Below the pieces are notes generated by a model that had not been told where the DNA came from, did no database searches, and saw nothing but the letters and a program-made list of their open reading frames with translations. A DNA stretch of 64,000 nt from Escherichia virus ESCO5 (Duplodnaviria > Heunggongvirae > Uroviricota > Caudoviricetes): IMG/VR virus record IMGVR_UViG_2974610597_000001, one strand, 5' to 3'. Made by a program: the position numbers and the translations under genes. The first letter of the stretch is position 1. Each line of letters starts with the position of its first letter. This document shows, piece after piece, positions 38,350 to 48,684 of the stretch.

Positions 38350-38800
38350 TCGCCGTTTTGGTCCATAATCTTTGATTATCTGACCCTCTGAAAGGTTTTG
38401 TGGTTGGATTGTTTATTTCATACTTTCCGTCTACAATAATGTCAACAAGATTTTTAATATACAAAGGCACTTCCTCAAAAGTATATCCTGTATACACCAT
38501 TATATCTTTGCTTGACCCATAAACGTCTCTAACCTTTTCTATAAGGTTTTTAACATTGTAAATATTCTGCGGATCTAATGGTTCTCCTCCTAAAATTGTT
38601 AAACCTTTTACAAACGGTCTTGACAAATCTTTTAAAACTTGCTCTACATTTTCGTTAGTGAACGGTTTCCCATAAGAATAAGACCAGGCTTTCTGGTTAA
38701 AACAGCCACGACAACCGTGGCTACAACCACTAACCCAGAGGGAGCACCTAACTCCCTCACCATTAATAAGATCTACAGGTTCATATCCTGCAAAATTCAA
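38330..38800 (-). CDS. nrdG: Anaerobic ribonucleotide reductase activating protein (radical SAM)
   Basis: 156 aa; radical-SAM cluster motif CSHGCRGC (Cx3Cx2C) near N-terminus; overlaps nrdD stop (ATGA). Confidence 0.75.
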   Translation of the reverse strand: MNFAGYEPVDLINGEGVRCSLWVSGCSHGCRGCFNQKAWSYSYGKPFTNENVEQVLKDLSRPFVKGLTILGGEPLDPQNIYNVKNLIEKVRDVYGSSKDIMVYTGYTFEEVPLYIKNLVDIIVDGKYEINNPTTKPFRGSDNQRLWTKTASGWQSD

Positions 38801-40611
38801 AGATGTTTCTCCCTTTGCAAAACTTCCTGCATTTTACCTTTGTTATAAGGCCGTGAATTAGGGGCAGAAAGATACCCTGATACACGTCTAACTACAGAAA
38901 TAGTTTCTTCTTCATGGTTGCCACAATTAGGACACTCAAACCCTTTAGCCGTTGCCTTAAATTCTCCATGAAAACCACACTTAAAGCATTGATCCACGGG
39001 CTGATTAATACCAAAATAGTGAATATGTTCATAAGCGTAGTCTACTAAAGTCTCCAAAGCTTCTAAGTTATTCTTTAAGTTTGGTGTTTCGACATAACTT
39101 ATGTTACCACCATTGCTAATCTGTGCAAAACCTGCTTCATAATCCCATTTTTCAAAAGGATTTGTTACCAACCATACAGGTTGATGAAAAGAATTAGTAA
39201 GATAGTCTCTTTCTACCAGACCTGGATATTTTTCATTTAAAGCTGTTGCAAATTTATAGCACAAGGATTCTGCTGGAGTTCCATAAAGACTAAATGCCAA
39301 CTTAGATCGTTCTTTAAACACAGCACACACATCTTTCATATGTTGCAGAATGTTTTTACCTAGTTCCTTTTTATCTTTTTCCTCTGGATAAAGGATTTCC
39401 AAAGCTTCGGCAAGACCTACATAACCAATACTAATAGAAGCATAACCACCTTCAAACAAAGCACCAATTTCATCGTTGGCATTTAAACGCGCTAAAGCCC
39501 CTTCCATGAAAAGAATAGGGTTTTCAGATGCTTTGGTATGTCTGATACGGTTTACACGTAGCATGTGAGCATCGTAGGCTATCTCCATATGTTTATTAAG
39601 AAGATCGGTGAAAGATTCTCCTTTACTTCTCGCTTCCGCAGCAATCAGAGGCAAGTTGATAGAAACTACTCCAAGGTTGAATCGTCCATCATATTTTTCT
39701 CCTTGTTCGGTGGCATAGTACGACAAAAAGGAACGACAACCCATACTCGTAACGGTACCATCTGCTGATCCCGTAACTTCTTTGTTCAAAGGAACAGAAA
39801 TAAAATCTGGATAAATACGATCAGCACAACATGCCAAAGCTTGTTGCTTAAGGTCGTAGTTAGGATCACTAGGTTTCATGTTAACACCTTCTTGTAAAAA
39901 GAAAATAACTTTAGGGAATACAGGCGTTACATGATCTTTACCTAGACCGTTACTATGCACTTTAAGATAGTTAGCTGTGATCATTCTGCCAAAAACAGAG
40001 GTATCCAGACCCATACTGATTGTAATAAAAGGAGATTGTCCATTAACACTCATTAAAGTGTTAACCTGATACAAAAGAGTTTGCATAGCGTCATATACAT
40101 CTTGTTCGGTCATTTCTAGGGCTTCTTTCCTTGCATAACAACCGTAGCGACGTTTGGTTATCTCCATGTTTTTAAGGAAACTGGCTTCAACATAAGGACT
40201 AAGACCTTTATCAATGTGCGCACACGTCTGACCTCCATACTGACTGGAGGCAACAGCTTGGATGATTTGAGTTAGCACTGTAGTAGCTACTCCAATAGAT
40301 TTTGGTTTTTCTATCTGTGCAGCACCGATCTTAAAACCATTCTCTAACATATCTTGATAATTAACAAGACAACAGTTTGTAAGAGGAGAGAGCAGATAAT
40401 CCAAGTCGTGAATATGTCCAAAACCTTCTGTATGCCATTCTGACAAGTTTTTTGGCAGTATCTGTGTCATTGCCATATGTTTGCTTAAAATCCCCGCCAA
40501 GAGATCCCTGTGCGTGTTAACAAGGTGGGAAGGTTTGTTTGCATTCTCTCTAGTGTATGTTTCTGAAGTGCGATCTAAAAAAGAAAAAACATCTTGGTAC
40601 AAATCTTTCAT
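38797..40611 (-). CDS. nrdD: Anaerobic ribonucleoside-triphosphate reductase (class III RNR)
   Basis: 604 aa; C-terminal zinc ribbon CFKCGFHG...CPNCGNHE and glycyl-radical motif RRVSGYL. Confidence 0.85.
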   Translation of the reverse strand: MKDLYQDVFSFLDRTSETYTRENANKPSHLVNTHRDLLAGILSKHMAMTQILPKNLSEWHTEGFGHIHDLDYLLSPLTNCCLVNYQDMLENGFKIGAAQIEKPKSIGVATTVLTQIIQAVASSQYGGQTCAHIDKGLSPYVEASFLKNMEITKRRYGCYARKEALEMTEQDVYDAMQTLLYQVNTLMSVNGQSPFITISMGLDTSVFGRMITANYLKVHSNGLGKDHVTPVFPKVIFFLQEGVNMKPSDPNYDLKQQALACCADRIYPDFISVPLNKEVTGSADGTVTSMGCRSFLSYYATEQGEKYDGRFNLGVVSINLPLIAAEARSKGESFTDLLNKHMEIAYDAHMLRVNRIRHTKASENPILFMEGALARLNANDEIGALFEGGYASISIGYVGLAEALEILYPEEKDKKELGKNILQHMKDVCAVFKERSKLAFSLYGTPAESLCYKFATALNEKYPGLVERDYLTNSFHQPVWLVTNPFEKWDYEAGFAQISNGGNISYVETPNLKNNLEALETLVDYAYEHIHYFGINQPVDQCFKCGFHGEFKATAKGFECPNCGNHEEETISVVRRVSGYLSAPNSRPYNKGKMQEVLQREKHL

Positions 40612-40689
40612 TATTAATCCTTATTTTGTGAGTAGAACTATTATTCTACCTCTTTCAACCGAAAAAAGCTTTGAGGGAAATCAAAAAAG

Positions 40690-40714
40690 GCGCAAAGTGC
40701 GCCTTTAAGTTTTA
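40690..40714 (-). terminator. Rho-independent terminator
   Basis: Minus-strand hairpin AAGGCGCACTTTGCGCCTT followed by TTTTTTGATTT, immediately after stop of 40715..42130. Confidence 0.5.
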
Positions 40715-42130
40715 TCATTTGGAGAGGAATTGTCTTCCCATGATCTTACCGTTCTTCACAGCGGTCCCATCGTGTCCATTGTAATCCCAGGTTCCATCGA
40801 TATTACGCAAGAAGCTATCACGAACAGTATAGGCTTTACCGTTCTCTACTTTACTTTCTTCCACAATGATTGCCATAACAAGCTTATTTTCAATTTCGGT
40901 AGTAACCGATTCTTTGATACCCTCTGTAACTTCACGATCATATTGGATATAAACTCGCTCCTCGGTTACTTGCACGTCTACCACATTTTTAAATGTGTAG
41001 GTCTGTTGCGTAGTGTAGAGGACACGAACGACACTCTTCTTACCTACCGGAGGCTTCTTACGAGGCTTACGGTAACGTGGTTTAGGGTTGTTAGTTGGAA
41101 GCCAACCAACAATATCCCGATCATATCCAACATGACCCCAAGTGAAATGCGTAGCCGATCCACTATCCGTAGTTCCGTCACGAAAGAGAACTTCTACGTG
41201 ACCACCACAAGGGCGGTGTCCACCATTATTATAGTTGTATTTTGCCGTGCGCGGGAGAATGAAGTATTCTTTAATCGCCCACTCTTCCAGATTGTCGATA
41301 TTCCAAGTGAATACTGTTCCCTTAGCAACATCTGTTTGACCATTGTTGAAGCGAACCTGCACGAAATCTTCCGAAGGCATAACACCTGTGTTCGGCAGAT
41401 ATTCAAATGCAGTATCTTCCGCTACAAACTGTTCTTCCTCTTGCTCCTCAATACTTGGCACAGGCGCAGCTTCATCGTATTTCGCAGCAAACATATTTTT
41501 AAATTCTTGAGCCGTGACTTCTACAAGGCCGCGATCACCAGTAGCAGCAGAGTGTGGGCGTGGTAAATCCCCAACTTCAATATGCATTGCATCTAAGCCT
41601 GCTTGACGATCAAAGAAGATAACCTTGCGGAATTGTTTATCTTTATATTGTGGCAGTTCATACATACTTGGATCGATTGTCTTCAAACGTTCAGCATCTT
41701 CTGGCTTCCAGAAGCTTTTACCTGTTGCAAATCTAAAGTCTACCAGTAGTTTAACAACATCTCCTAATGATAAACTATCTGCATCTACGAAAACGTCTTC
41801 GATTCCCAATAACCCTGATTTCTTAAGAATCAAATCTAACATGTAACCTCCTGTGGTTTGTTCTGCGTCTGGATAACGATCAACACTGGTGCTGGTTACA
41901 CCGTTTATTTCACCAGTGGAGGCATTGTAGGAAATATATGGGAAGGTCATATCGTTCATTGCAAAATCACCTGAACAGGTTGGATCATCTTCTCCCTCCC
42001 AGCCATACACCTTCACAATACCTTCACACAATTTGTCATACACACCAGCGCGACGTGCTGCTTCAGCAACTTCCTGTTTACGGGCAAATTTATTAATCAT
42101 GATTCCTCCTGTTAATTGCCATAGATGCAC
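40715..42130 (-). CDS. Hypothetical protein (471 aa)
   Basis: Long ORF, no recognisable catalytic motif; basic C-terminal patch PKPRYRKPRKKPPVGKK. Confidence 0.4.
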   Translation of the reverse strand: MHLWQLTGGIMINKFARKQEVAEAARRAGVYDKLCEGIVKVYGWEGEDDPTCSGDFAMNDMTFPYISYNASTGEINGVTSTSVDRYPDAEQTTGGYMLDLILKKSGLLGIEDVFVDADSLSLGDVVKLLVDFRFATGKSFWKPEDAERLKTIDPSMYELPQYKDKQFRKVIFFDRQAGLDAMHIEVGDLPRPHSAATGDRGLVEVTAQEFKNMFAAKYDEAAPVPSIEEQEEEQFVAEDTAFEYLPNTGVMPSEDFVQVRFNNGQTDVAKGTVFTWNIDNLEEWAIKEYFILPRTAKYNYNNGGHRPCGGHVEVLFRDGTTDSGSATHFTWGHVGYDRDIVGWLPTNNPKPRYRKPRKKPPVGKKSVVRVLYTTQQTYTFKNVVDVQVTEERVYIQYDREVTEGIKESVTTEIENKLVMAIIVEESKVENGKAYTVRDSFLRNIDGTWDYNGHDGTAVKNGKIMGRQFLSK

Positions 42131-42650
42131 GAGGTTCGGCTATGGCTGTTGCATAAATATATGGATGACCTTGTGGGGACAATCTTGTTCCGAATGACCC
42201 TAATTCTAAACCATTCATGTCTTCCACGTCAAGCCCTATTTCTGTTTCTACAATTCTTGTTTGGACTTTGTAGTAGGTCCAGAAGAAGTATCGCATTTCT
42301 TCGGCATACTCTTTCACTTCACCAAAGCTGGGATAGAACTCAATCAACTCCAGCTTCAAGAAGATGTTGAAGTGAGAATCATCCAACACTTCCTCTGTGC
42401 GGTAACATGGTGTCAGGGCCATGTAGGGATGACCAGCGATAAACTCGTAGCCATCCTTTTCCATTTGCAAGAATGATTGCTCGGCACTGGCAACATAAAA
42501 CTTCCCATTAGGATGCCCCAAAGGAGCATCTTCTTTGCCAGGTGGCAGTGTGAATGCCAAAATATCTGCATCCACTAAATAAGGAACATCTAACATTTCA
42601 GCAAAGCGTCCATAACTCTGGATGGCTTCGGCAATCACACCTGTGTTCAT
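42093..42650 (-). CDS. Hypothetical protein
   Basis: 185-aa ORF. Confidence 0.35.
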   Translation of the reverse strand: MNTGVIAEAIQSYGRFAEMLDVPYLVDADILAFTLPPGKEDAPLGHPNGKFYVASAEQSFLQMEKDGYEFIAGHPYMALTPCYRTEEVLDDSHFNIFLKLELIEFYPSFGEVKEYAEEMRYFFWTYYKVQTRIVETEIGLDVEDMNGLELGSFGTRLSPQGHPYIYATAIAEPRASMAINRRNHD

Positions 42651-42898
42651 GACCTTCCTCCTGTGCGGAAAGCGCGTTTAGTAATGTTGGACATAATGAT
42701 TAAATCTTGTAAAGTCATATCTGGGAACTGTTGTTCTAAAACTCCCTCGACAGCCCCTATAATATCTGACAATTCAACAAGTTGCATTATTTTGCAATCC
42801 TGCTCAACAGCATCAAAAAGTTCTTCTACTTCCTCTTTAATCTTTTCTATGCTGCCATAAGGTTGTTTCTTAATGTCTGTTATGTGATACCCTGCCAT
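42647..42898 (-). CDS. Small all-alpha NTP pyrophosphohydrolase-like (MazG-like) protein, tentative
   Basis: 83 aa; acidic helix pattern EEVEELFDAVEQ ... ELSDIIGAVE reminiscent of the EExxE/D metal-binding helices of MazG-like enzymes. Confidence 0.3.
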   Translation of the reverse strand: MAGYHITDIKKQPYGSIEKIKEEVEELFDAVEQDCKIMQLVELSDIIGAVEGVLEQQFPDMTLQDLIIMSNITKRAFRTGGRS

Positions 42899-44491
42899 TT
42901 AACGATCCTCTCTGATTTGATTAATCTTACGAGCAAGGGCAGCTATAAGCTTATCTTCTTCAGATACAGGAGCCGTGCTCTTACCTAAACGATGCATGTC
43001 TAAAATCTCTTGAACAGTTCGGTTCCATTGCAGACATTTAATACAACGTGTATGTGCAACATACAGAAGATTTCGTTCTGATTCTTCAAGACCTACCCAC
43101 TCACCCTTCTTATCGTAATTAGAAGGGAAGTCATTTGCAACAATAACCTGATCCCATTCCAAACCTTTTGATTTGTGGGCTGTAGTTAAAGTAACTTTAG
43201 CCGTTGGAGAGTTACGGTGCATACGTAAAGTGTATGCAATATTATTAGCTTTACCAGAAACAACAATGTTTAAAAGTCGTTTTGCATCAGGATCTGATTC
43301 TGCACACTCTACAAATTCTTCCCAAGAAGTGTAAGGTAGAACTGTCTCATGCTTAACTTTGTCCAAATCACCTCTACGTAAAGCATTAACACTATCAACC
43401 ATAGAAATGAAATCTTTGGTATCTACGTTAATAATAATCTCTTCTCCGTTAGCGATTCGGTCCATAGCTTCGAGCAACAGGGTCAAATTCTTACGGAAAA
43501 TAATGGTGTAAGGTTTACTATAATCTACCACATCAGAATGAAAACTTCCAGTGACAGTATCATAACCTTTCCCTACCAGCGGATGCTTCAGAGGTGAGCG
43601 ATCAGAAAGGATCGCATTAGCAATGTCCGCAACTTTAGGACCAAAGCGAAAACAAGCTGTCAGAGGCAACTCAACCCCATATGTAGCCGTTTGCTTCATC
43701 ATGTTCTGGCTTCCACGGAACTGATAAATACTCTGAAACTCATCACCCACAACAACAATACGTTTAGCCGATTTAGCATTGCGAAGGATAGACAGGAATG
43801 CAGGGTTAACATCCTGGAATTCATCTCCAAAAATAATATCGTATCCTAAATCTTCTTTACTCAATTCAAAGAGTTTCACATAGGTGTCATGAGTCATAAT
43901 GGTTTCTGATTTAGGATCAATACGCTCACGCCAAAGTTGCTTCGCATATTTAACAACTTCGTTAATAAGTTTTTGTTCGTTGATGTTCTTACGTTTAAGA
44001 TCTGACATATGCACTTTAGGAAAATGTTTATGTCCAATATATTCATCGTCAGAAAACTCGTATTTAGCTAAAGTTTGTTTTACCATTAACCCGATCATTG
44101 CACGAGTCAGTAGCACTTTACCATTCTTATCAATCAAGTTCTGAATCTTGAATTTTTTGGCAATCTCACTACCAGTTCCAGCTACGTTAACATATTGACC
44201 TTCTGGACGAGACAATTTGTGTCGAAGGTTTTGTGGAAGACGCTGGTAACAGATTGAATGTAGCGTTCGGCACATAACATTAGGCGGCATTTTACGTCGA
44301 GCTTCCTCTGCCATACTTTTGTTAAACGCCAAGTATAGAATACTATCATTTGTGCCATTAGCCAACATATACAGCGTTGACGTTTTACCTGATCCAGATT
44401 TAGCTTGAATTGTAACGAAACGATTTTCTTGATACCCACTTTCAATAGCGTATTGTTCGTCGGTAGGTGTAAAACTCAATTGTGTAGACAC
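42899..44491 (-). CDS. Superfamily 1 DNA helicase (UvrD/Dda-like)
   Basis: 530 aa; Walker A AKSGSGKTST, Walker B-like FGDEFQD, C-terminal motif VI LYVAHTRC. Confidence 0.75.
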   Translation of the reverse strand: MSTQLSFTPTDEQYAIESGYQENRFVTIQAKSGSGKTSTLYMLANGTNDSILYLAFNKSMAEEARRKMPPNVMCRTLHSICYQRLPQNLRHKLSRPEGQYVNVAGTGSEIAKKFKIQNLIDKNGKVLLTRAMIGLMVKQTLAKYEFSDDEYIGHKHFPKVHMSDLKRKNINEQKLINEVVKYAKQLWRERIDPKSETIMTHDTYVKLFELSKEDLGYDIIFGDEFQDVNPAFLSILRNAKSAKRIVVVGDEFQSIYQFRGSQNMMKQTATYGVELPLTACFRFGPKVADIANAILSDRSPLKHPLVGKGYDTVTGSFHSDVVDYSKPYTIIFRKNLTLLLEAMDRIANGEEIIINVDTKDFISMVDSVNALRRGDLDKVKHETVLPYTSWEEFVECAESDPDAKRLLNIVVSGKANNIAYTLRMHRNSPTAKVTLTTAHKSKGLEWDQVIVANDFPSNYDKKGEWVGLEESERNLLYVAHTRCIKCLQWNRTVQEILDMHRLGKSTAPVSEEDKLIAALARKINQIREDR

Positions 44492-44505
44492 GTATTTCTC
44501 CTCTC

Positions 44506-45015
44506 TTAATAAAAACTCTTGACAATCCTCATCATTTCCTTAGCTCTGCTGGCATAAGGTTCTTTTAGATTAGGTGGCAAATGTGCATTAATGTATCCCA
44601 TTTGTTTTTCCCATGTCCACTTATCTTTAAATCTTGGCATGGTATCTCCTGCTAAACTGTTTTCTTTTCGTGTTTGAATAATCCAATTACATGGAAAATG
44701 CACACCACCTTTACGGAAGGGAATATAATGTCCCAATGTGAATGCCTTATTGTTCTTTAAACGTCCAGCTAAATTAAGATTAACAATAAGACTACGAAAC
44801 ACATAGTATTGATAAAGATTGTCAACAGTATATACAGAGTAGTATGCTCTAAGTGCATTATCTCTACTAAGATTACCAACATCCAAACTGCACCAGTTTA
44901 AATTACTTGGATCATAGTTGTGATTATCAATCCATTCTTCTCTTTCCTCAAATTCTGCATTAACAGCAGATTGCCCTGCTGTAGATACAAAAAGAGAATT
45001 TGCATCAAAGAACAT
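44506..45015 (-). CDS. Hypothetical protein with HNH-like spacing, tentative
   Basis: 169 aa; LGHYIPFRKGGVHFPCNWIIQTRKEN resembles H...GG...N...N spacing of HNH nucleases. Confidence 0.25.
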   Translation of the reverse strand: MFFDANSLFVSTAGQSAVNAEFEEREEWIDNHNYDPSNLNWCSLDVGNLSRDNALRAYYSVYTVDNLYQYYVFRSLIVNLNLAGRLKNNKAFTLGHYIPFRKGGVHFPCNWIIQTRKENSLAGDTMPRFKDKWTWEKQMGYINAHLPPNLKEPYASRAKEMMRIVKSFY

Positions 45016-45025
45016 ACTCCCTCCT

Positions 45026-45436
45026 TTAGTTTACATCGTTTAGAGCATTACCAATCTTTAAGATAATAACATCGTTAAGGGCTTCTTCTCCATTAAGGCC
45101 AGAGAAAGCAGGAGTAACGAAAGTTACCATATAATAATGGTCTTCTTGTAGGATTGCGATAACGCCGTCTAGTTTAACATCTCCTGTGAAACGAAAAACT
45201 TTCAACTTTTGTTCTAAAGGAAGATCTCCTTCAACATTTAAAACCATATCTCCAACACCAAACTTTTCTGCCCCGATGTAGATGTAAGCTTGGTCCTCTT
45301 TTTTATGATAATACAGTGTTGCTTGTTTGTCTTGTAGTGTTGTGATACCAAACACATCTACATCAATAATATTTTTCAAAAATTCTCCTCCCAAATCCAA
45401 TAATTGTCTACATAAGTAGGATGCCTTTTGTCCCAC
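45026..45436 (-). CDS. Hypothetical protein
   Basis: 136-aa ORF. Confidence 0.3.
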   Translation of the reverse strand: MGQKASYLCRQLLDLGGEFLKNIIDVDVFGITTLQDKQATLYYHKKEDQAYIYIGAEKFGVGDMVLNVEGDLPLEQKLKVFRFTGDVKLDGVIAILQEDHYYMVTFVTPAFSGLNGEEALNDVIILKIGNALNDVN

Positions 45437-45744
45437 TCTTTTCTAGCCCAAGCCACGGCTGCTATCAATACATCTCCATGACAAGGTTGAGGGGAGCAGA
45501 AGCAAACTAAATCTTTCCCTTCTAGCTCTAATAAATCTTCAAGAGTGATCTTACCACAACGAATTTGCTCCCACAACCACTCTTTATACCTTTGTATAGT
45601 TGATCCTCGTGGTTCATCATCTTTTAACTTAAAAGGGTTTGCAAACTTGGAGGCTTTTAGTCCCATGTGTGGCATTGCTCTACCAATATAAACAGCACCT
45701 TCTGGGATTGTTTTGCCTAAATGGTAAAAGTTTAATACCTTCAT
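45376..45744 (-). CDS. Hypothetical protein with conserved Cys-x-Cys...Cys-His motif
   Basis: 122 aa; DLVCFCSPQPCHGDVL motif recalls a small domain common in phage genomes; function unknown. Confidence 0.3.
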   Translation of the reverse strand: MKVLNFYHLGKTIPEGAVYIGRAMPHMGLKASKFANPFKLKDDEPRGSTIQRYKEWLWEQIRCGKITLEDLLELEGKDLVCFCSPQPCHGDVLIAAVAWARKEWDKRHPTYVDNYWIWEENF

Positions 45745-45745
45745 A

Positions 45746-46108
45746 TTAACCTAAACACATACGTGCGATCAGACCTTGAATTAGTTTATCTGCTTCTTCT
45801 CGATCATAGTCGGTATCTTCTATACCACCATCTTCGTCACGATAAACTTTACCTTCCAGGTACCCAGCATCGATCAAACCAATAATCAAATCGAACTGCC
45901 AACAAGAATTACCGAAAGGACGTTTTCCACTGAAACTGTCTTCTTCTTCCCAAAGTGTAGAGAGCAGTCGTCTGAAATATTCACGCACAGTAACAGTGCC
46001 AAGATCATCGTCTTCAAAAACAACATCTAAAGCATCTGGTTCAGCTTTATCTACAACAGGCACATAACGTTGACCATTAATAACAACATCTACAATCGTT
46101 TCTCTCAT
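45746..46108 (-). CDS. Hypothetical acidic protein
   Basis: 120-aa ORF. Confidence 0.3.
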   Translation of the reverse strand: MRETIVDVVINGQRYVPVVDKAEPDALDVVFEDDDLGTVTVREYFRRLLSTLWEEEDSFSGKRPFGNSCWQFDLIIGLIDAGYLEGKVYRDEDGGIEDTDYDREEADKLIQGLIARMCLG

Positions 46109-46467
46109 TTTTCCTCCTTCTTGTATTCTAAGAACATGTCAACTTCATAAGCTGCCCGTTCATTAAATTTACTAGGATCTACTAAAATAAAAAGTTGTTT
46201 ATTTATATCTTGAAACTCTTTTACTACAATGTAAAGGTGTTTCTTACAAGAGAAGCCTGTTGCTTGATAAGCATCGCCCCAATCATCCACACCTTTTAAT
46301 GTTTCTACATACTTACATTTTATTTTATCTTTACCGTCTTGGTAAAGTGCTTCACCTCCGAACCATGTGAAGAATTTAGTGCGATCTGCCCCAACCTTAA
46401 AGCCGTCACGAGCAAAAACACCAGTAGAGGCTAATAACAGCAAGGCAAACAGCACTTTTCTCATCAC
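46105..46467 (-). CDS. Secreted hypothetical protein
   Basis: 120 aa; signal peptide MMRKVLFALLLLASTGVFA. Confidence 0.35.
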   Translation of the reverse strand: MMRKVLFALLLLASTGVFARDGFKVGADRTKFFTWFGGEALYQDGKDKIKCKYVETLKGVDDWGDAYQATGFSCKKHLYIVVKEFQDINKQLFILVDPSKFNERAAYEVDMFLEYKKEEK

Positions 46468-46775
46468 ATCTCCTCGTCGGACTTCAAGGCTTTAGAGAAT
46501 ACTACATTAAACATTTCACCGCAACCATTATTAACATAATACATGATGTAATTATCATCTTCGTCTACAGGCGCACGATACTCCAATTCATAACTATACA
46601 GATTAGAATTACTTGTGCAACCTTGTGGATACCAAAAGTAAAGTTCACCACAAGATTCTACCCATTTAAGACCAGTCCGATCTTCAAACACCAATGTAGA
46701 AGGGTTTTCTGAATCTTTCACAGCTTCTTCATACTGTTGATGTACCATAACTGCTAATGATAATGTACTCATCAC
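46464..46775 (-). CDS. Hypothetical protein
   Basis: 103-aa ORF. Confidence 0.3.
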   Translation of the reverse strand: MMSTLSLAVMVHQQYEEAVKDSENPSTLVFEDRTGLKWVESCGELYFWYPQGCTSNSNLYSYELEYRAPVDEDDNYIMYYVNNGCGEMFNVVFSKALKSDEEM

Positions 46776-46988
46776 GCCTCCAAATAGTGTTTACAAATGA
46801 CAAAACGCCATGTTTGTTTATAATAGTTTCTTTTTTCAAGAGCCTCTTTGTAAGAGGGTATACGTTGCGACAGAAGCATCCATTCACAATCTGCACCCAT
46901 TCTTCCATAAAGCGCGTAACGGATGTTACTTTGTTTATCTCCCATAAATGCCTCCTTAATCTTGTTTACAAGTATACCCTCTAATTAG

Positions 46989-47186
46989 TTACACTTTTTC
47001 CCAAGTACCAAAAGCACAGGAAGGGTAGATTCCAACTTGAGGGTTTCCGTTATCATCTTTGAAAGTAAAACTGTTGTTGTCTTTATCAAGAACTGTAGAA
47101 TAAATCTTACCAACAGTAACGCAGTTGGAAGCTTGACCCAGTTCAGTAAGAGTAAGACATTTCATTTTCTGTTTCTTTGTAGCCAT
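46989..47186 (-). CDS. Small hypothetical protein
   Basis: 65-aa ORF. Confidence 0.25.
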   Translation of the reverse strand: MATKKQKMKCLTLTELGQASNCVTVGKIYSTVLDKDNNSFTFKDDNGNPQVGIYPSCAFGTWEKV

Positions 47187-47268
47187 TTATAAAGTCTCCT
47201 TAGTAAGTGAATCTTTATTCTACACAAAGAGCTTTGCACATGTCAAGTAACTCTTTGTGAGATTAATC

Positions 47269-47538
47269 TTAATGATTGATGATGTTGATGACGATCTTAG
47301 TTTCAACCTTAGCCCAACAGGAATCTGCTTCATTAAAACGACTATTTGCAATGTATTCTCCTGCACGAGAACCTGTTAAGCAAACTGCACCTGTATCTGT
47401 AGCTAAGTAGTAGTCCCGTTCTTGTTCATTTACTTCTGAGTTGTAGTAATAGAAAACAGACATAGGTTCAATTTCAGATAAACGGTATAACTTTGGAACA
47501 GGGGATTTCTCGATAAACTCAACAGAAGTTTTACTCAT
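47269..47538 (-). CDS. Small hypothetical protein
   Basis: 89-aa ORF. Confidence 0.3.
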   Translation of the reverse strand: MSKTSVEFIEKSPVPKLYRLSEIEPMSVFYYYNSEVNEQERDYYLATDTGAVCLTGSRAGEYIANSRFNEADSCWAKVETKIVINIINH

Positions 47539-47771
47539 TTGTTTTCTCCTAGATCTAAACTAATTAAGAAGTCACGAAGGATGATCATTTGTTCTGTAGA
47601 CAATGATAATACACCTTCTCCATAAATATCACCAGACCATTCAGCAGTTAGATCTAGTGTACCAGTACCAGGAAACCAATCAATAGTGATCTGATTACCA
47701 TTAGAGTCAGGTAGTATTTCACTGACTAACATAACACACTCTCCTATTATTGTTCTTGATCTTACGATCAT
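47535..47771 (-). CDS. Small hypothetical protein
   Basis: 78-aa ORF. Confidence 0.3.
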   Translation of the reverse strand: MIVRSRTIIGECVMLVSEILPDSNGNQITIDWFPGTGTLDLTAEWSGDIYGEGVLSLSTEQMIILRDFLISLDLGENK

Positions 47772-47901
47772 CTACCGATAAGAACAAGTACTTAAATCTC
47801 TGTTCTTCGAACATCTAACGATAGAGATTAATCTATTACATAATCTATACTCGCTATCGCTCGACCCTTCGGGGTTAGGGTAGCATATTTTTTGAAAAAA
47901 G

Positions 47902-48258
47902 TCAACACTTATTTTTGGTAAGTAGATAAATCAATTGTTCACCTGCTTCTGGTGCATATAGTGCTTTAGTATCGAAGTCAAAGAAGTGAGTGACTCCTGT
48001 TACTTTGGATGCCTGAATAGATAATCGTGCAAGCTTAAGCAGATTATCCATTTCTGCAATCTTTGCACGAAACACTGCACGTGTAGCGTCAAAAGCTGCA
48101 TGTGGCATGTATTTACGATTTAGACTACTACGTTTAAATTTACGATAATCTGCAATGATCTTGTTACGTTCTTTGTTCAAGTGCTTTACCAGTGCAGTGT
48201 ATACATGTGGTTCTTTGTTAGCCATTGTTAATCTCCTCTTCATATGTTGGTAGTGCAT
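47902..48258 (-). CDS. Hypothetical basic protein
   Basis: 118 aa, Lys/Arg-rich. Confidence 0.3.
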   Translation of the reverse strand: MHYQHMKRRLTMANKEPHVYTALVKHLNKERNKIIADYRKFKRSSLNRKYMPHAAFDATRAVFRAKIAEMDNLLKLARLSIQASKVTGVTHFFDFDTKALYAPEAGEQLIYLLTKNKC

Positions 48259-48430
48259 GGTATGCGATCACAGGTGCCAAGTCAAAATAAAAATGACCAT
48301 TGATAACAGCTATCGTGCCATTGCGTGTTTTGTTAACTTCACAGAATCCCTTCTTGCCGTTTGCCATGATTACAAGCCACTCTCCGATAGGAACATCCTC
48401 GGTACCAGATACTTTAATCCATCCACTCAC
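48218..48430 (-). CDS. Small hypothetical protein
   Basis: 70-aa ORF. Confidence 0.3.
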   Translation of the reverse strand: MSGWIKVSGTEDVPIGEWLVIMANGKKGFCEVNKTRNGTIAVINGHFYFDLAPVIAYHALPTYEEEINNG

Positions 48431-48684
48431 TTTACTTCCCCTTTGTAATCGGACACTATACCAGGTCTTACTTTTGCCTTAAGATGTTTCAACTCTACCA
48501 TAGGAGTTGCCACTTGTATAGGGCTAACTTCAACCTTGTAGATAGTATATTCATAAGTCGCATATTTACCGATGGAATGCAAATACTTAATTGCGTGTTC
48601 AGGGGAATCTGCTTCAACATACCCTAAATCTTTCGTAGTGCGGCCTTCACAGTCGCCTTCTGTAGTTACGTGATAAAGTGTCAT
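48427..48684 (-). CDS. Small hypothetical protein
   Basis: 85-aa ORF. Confidence 0.3.
   Translation of the reverse strand: MTLYHVTTEGDCEGRTTKDLGYVEADSPEHAIKYLHSIGKYATYEYTIYKVEVSPIQVATPMVELKHLKAKVRPGIVSDYKGEVK

Noticed and set aside
40730-41566. 278-aa plus-strand ORF
   Set aside because: Fully nested antisense within the 471-aa minus-strand gene; no start context; surrounding genes are all minus-strand.
40715-42130. Nicotinamide phosphoribosyltransferase-like (NAD salvage) identity for the 471-aa protein
   Set aside because: Size is compatible but no characteristic Nampt/NadV motifs were recognised; left as hypothetical.
47772-47901. Small RNA or tRNA in the 130-bp intergenic gap
   Set aside because: Contains short inverted repeats (AATCTCT…AGAGATT; CCC-TTCG-GGG) but no cloverleaf and no promoter/terminator pair clear enough to call an RNA gene.
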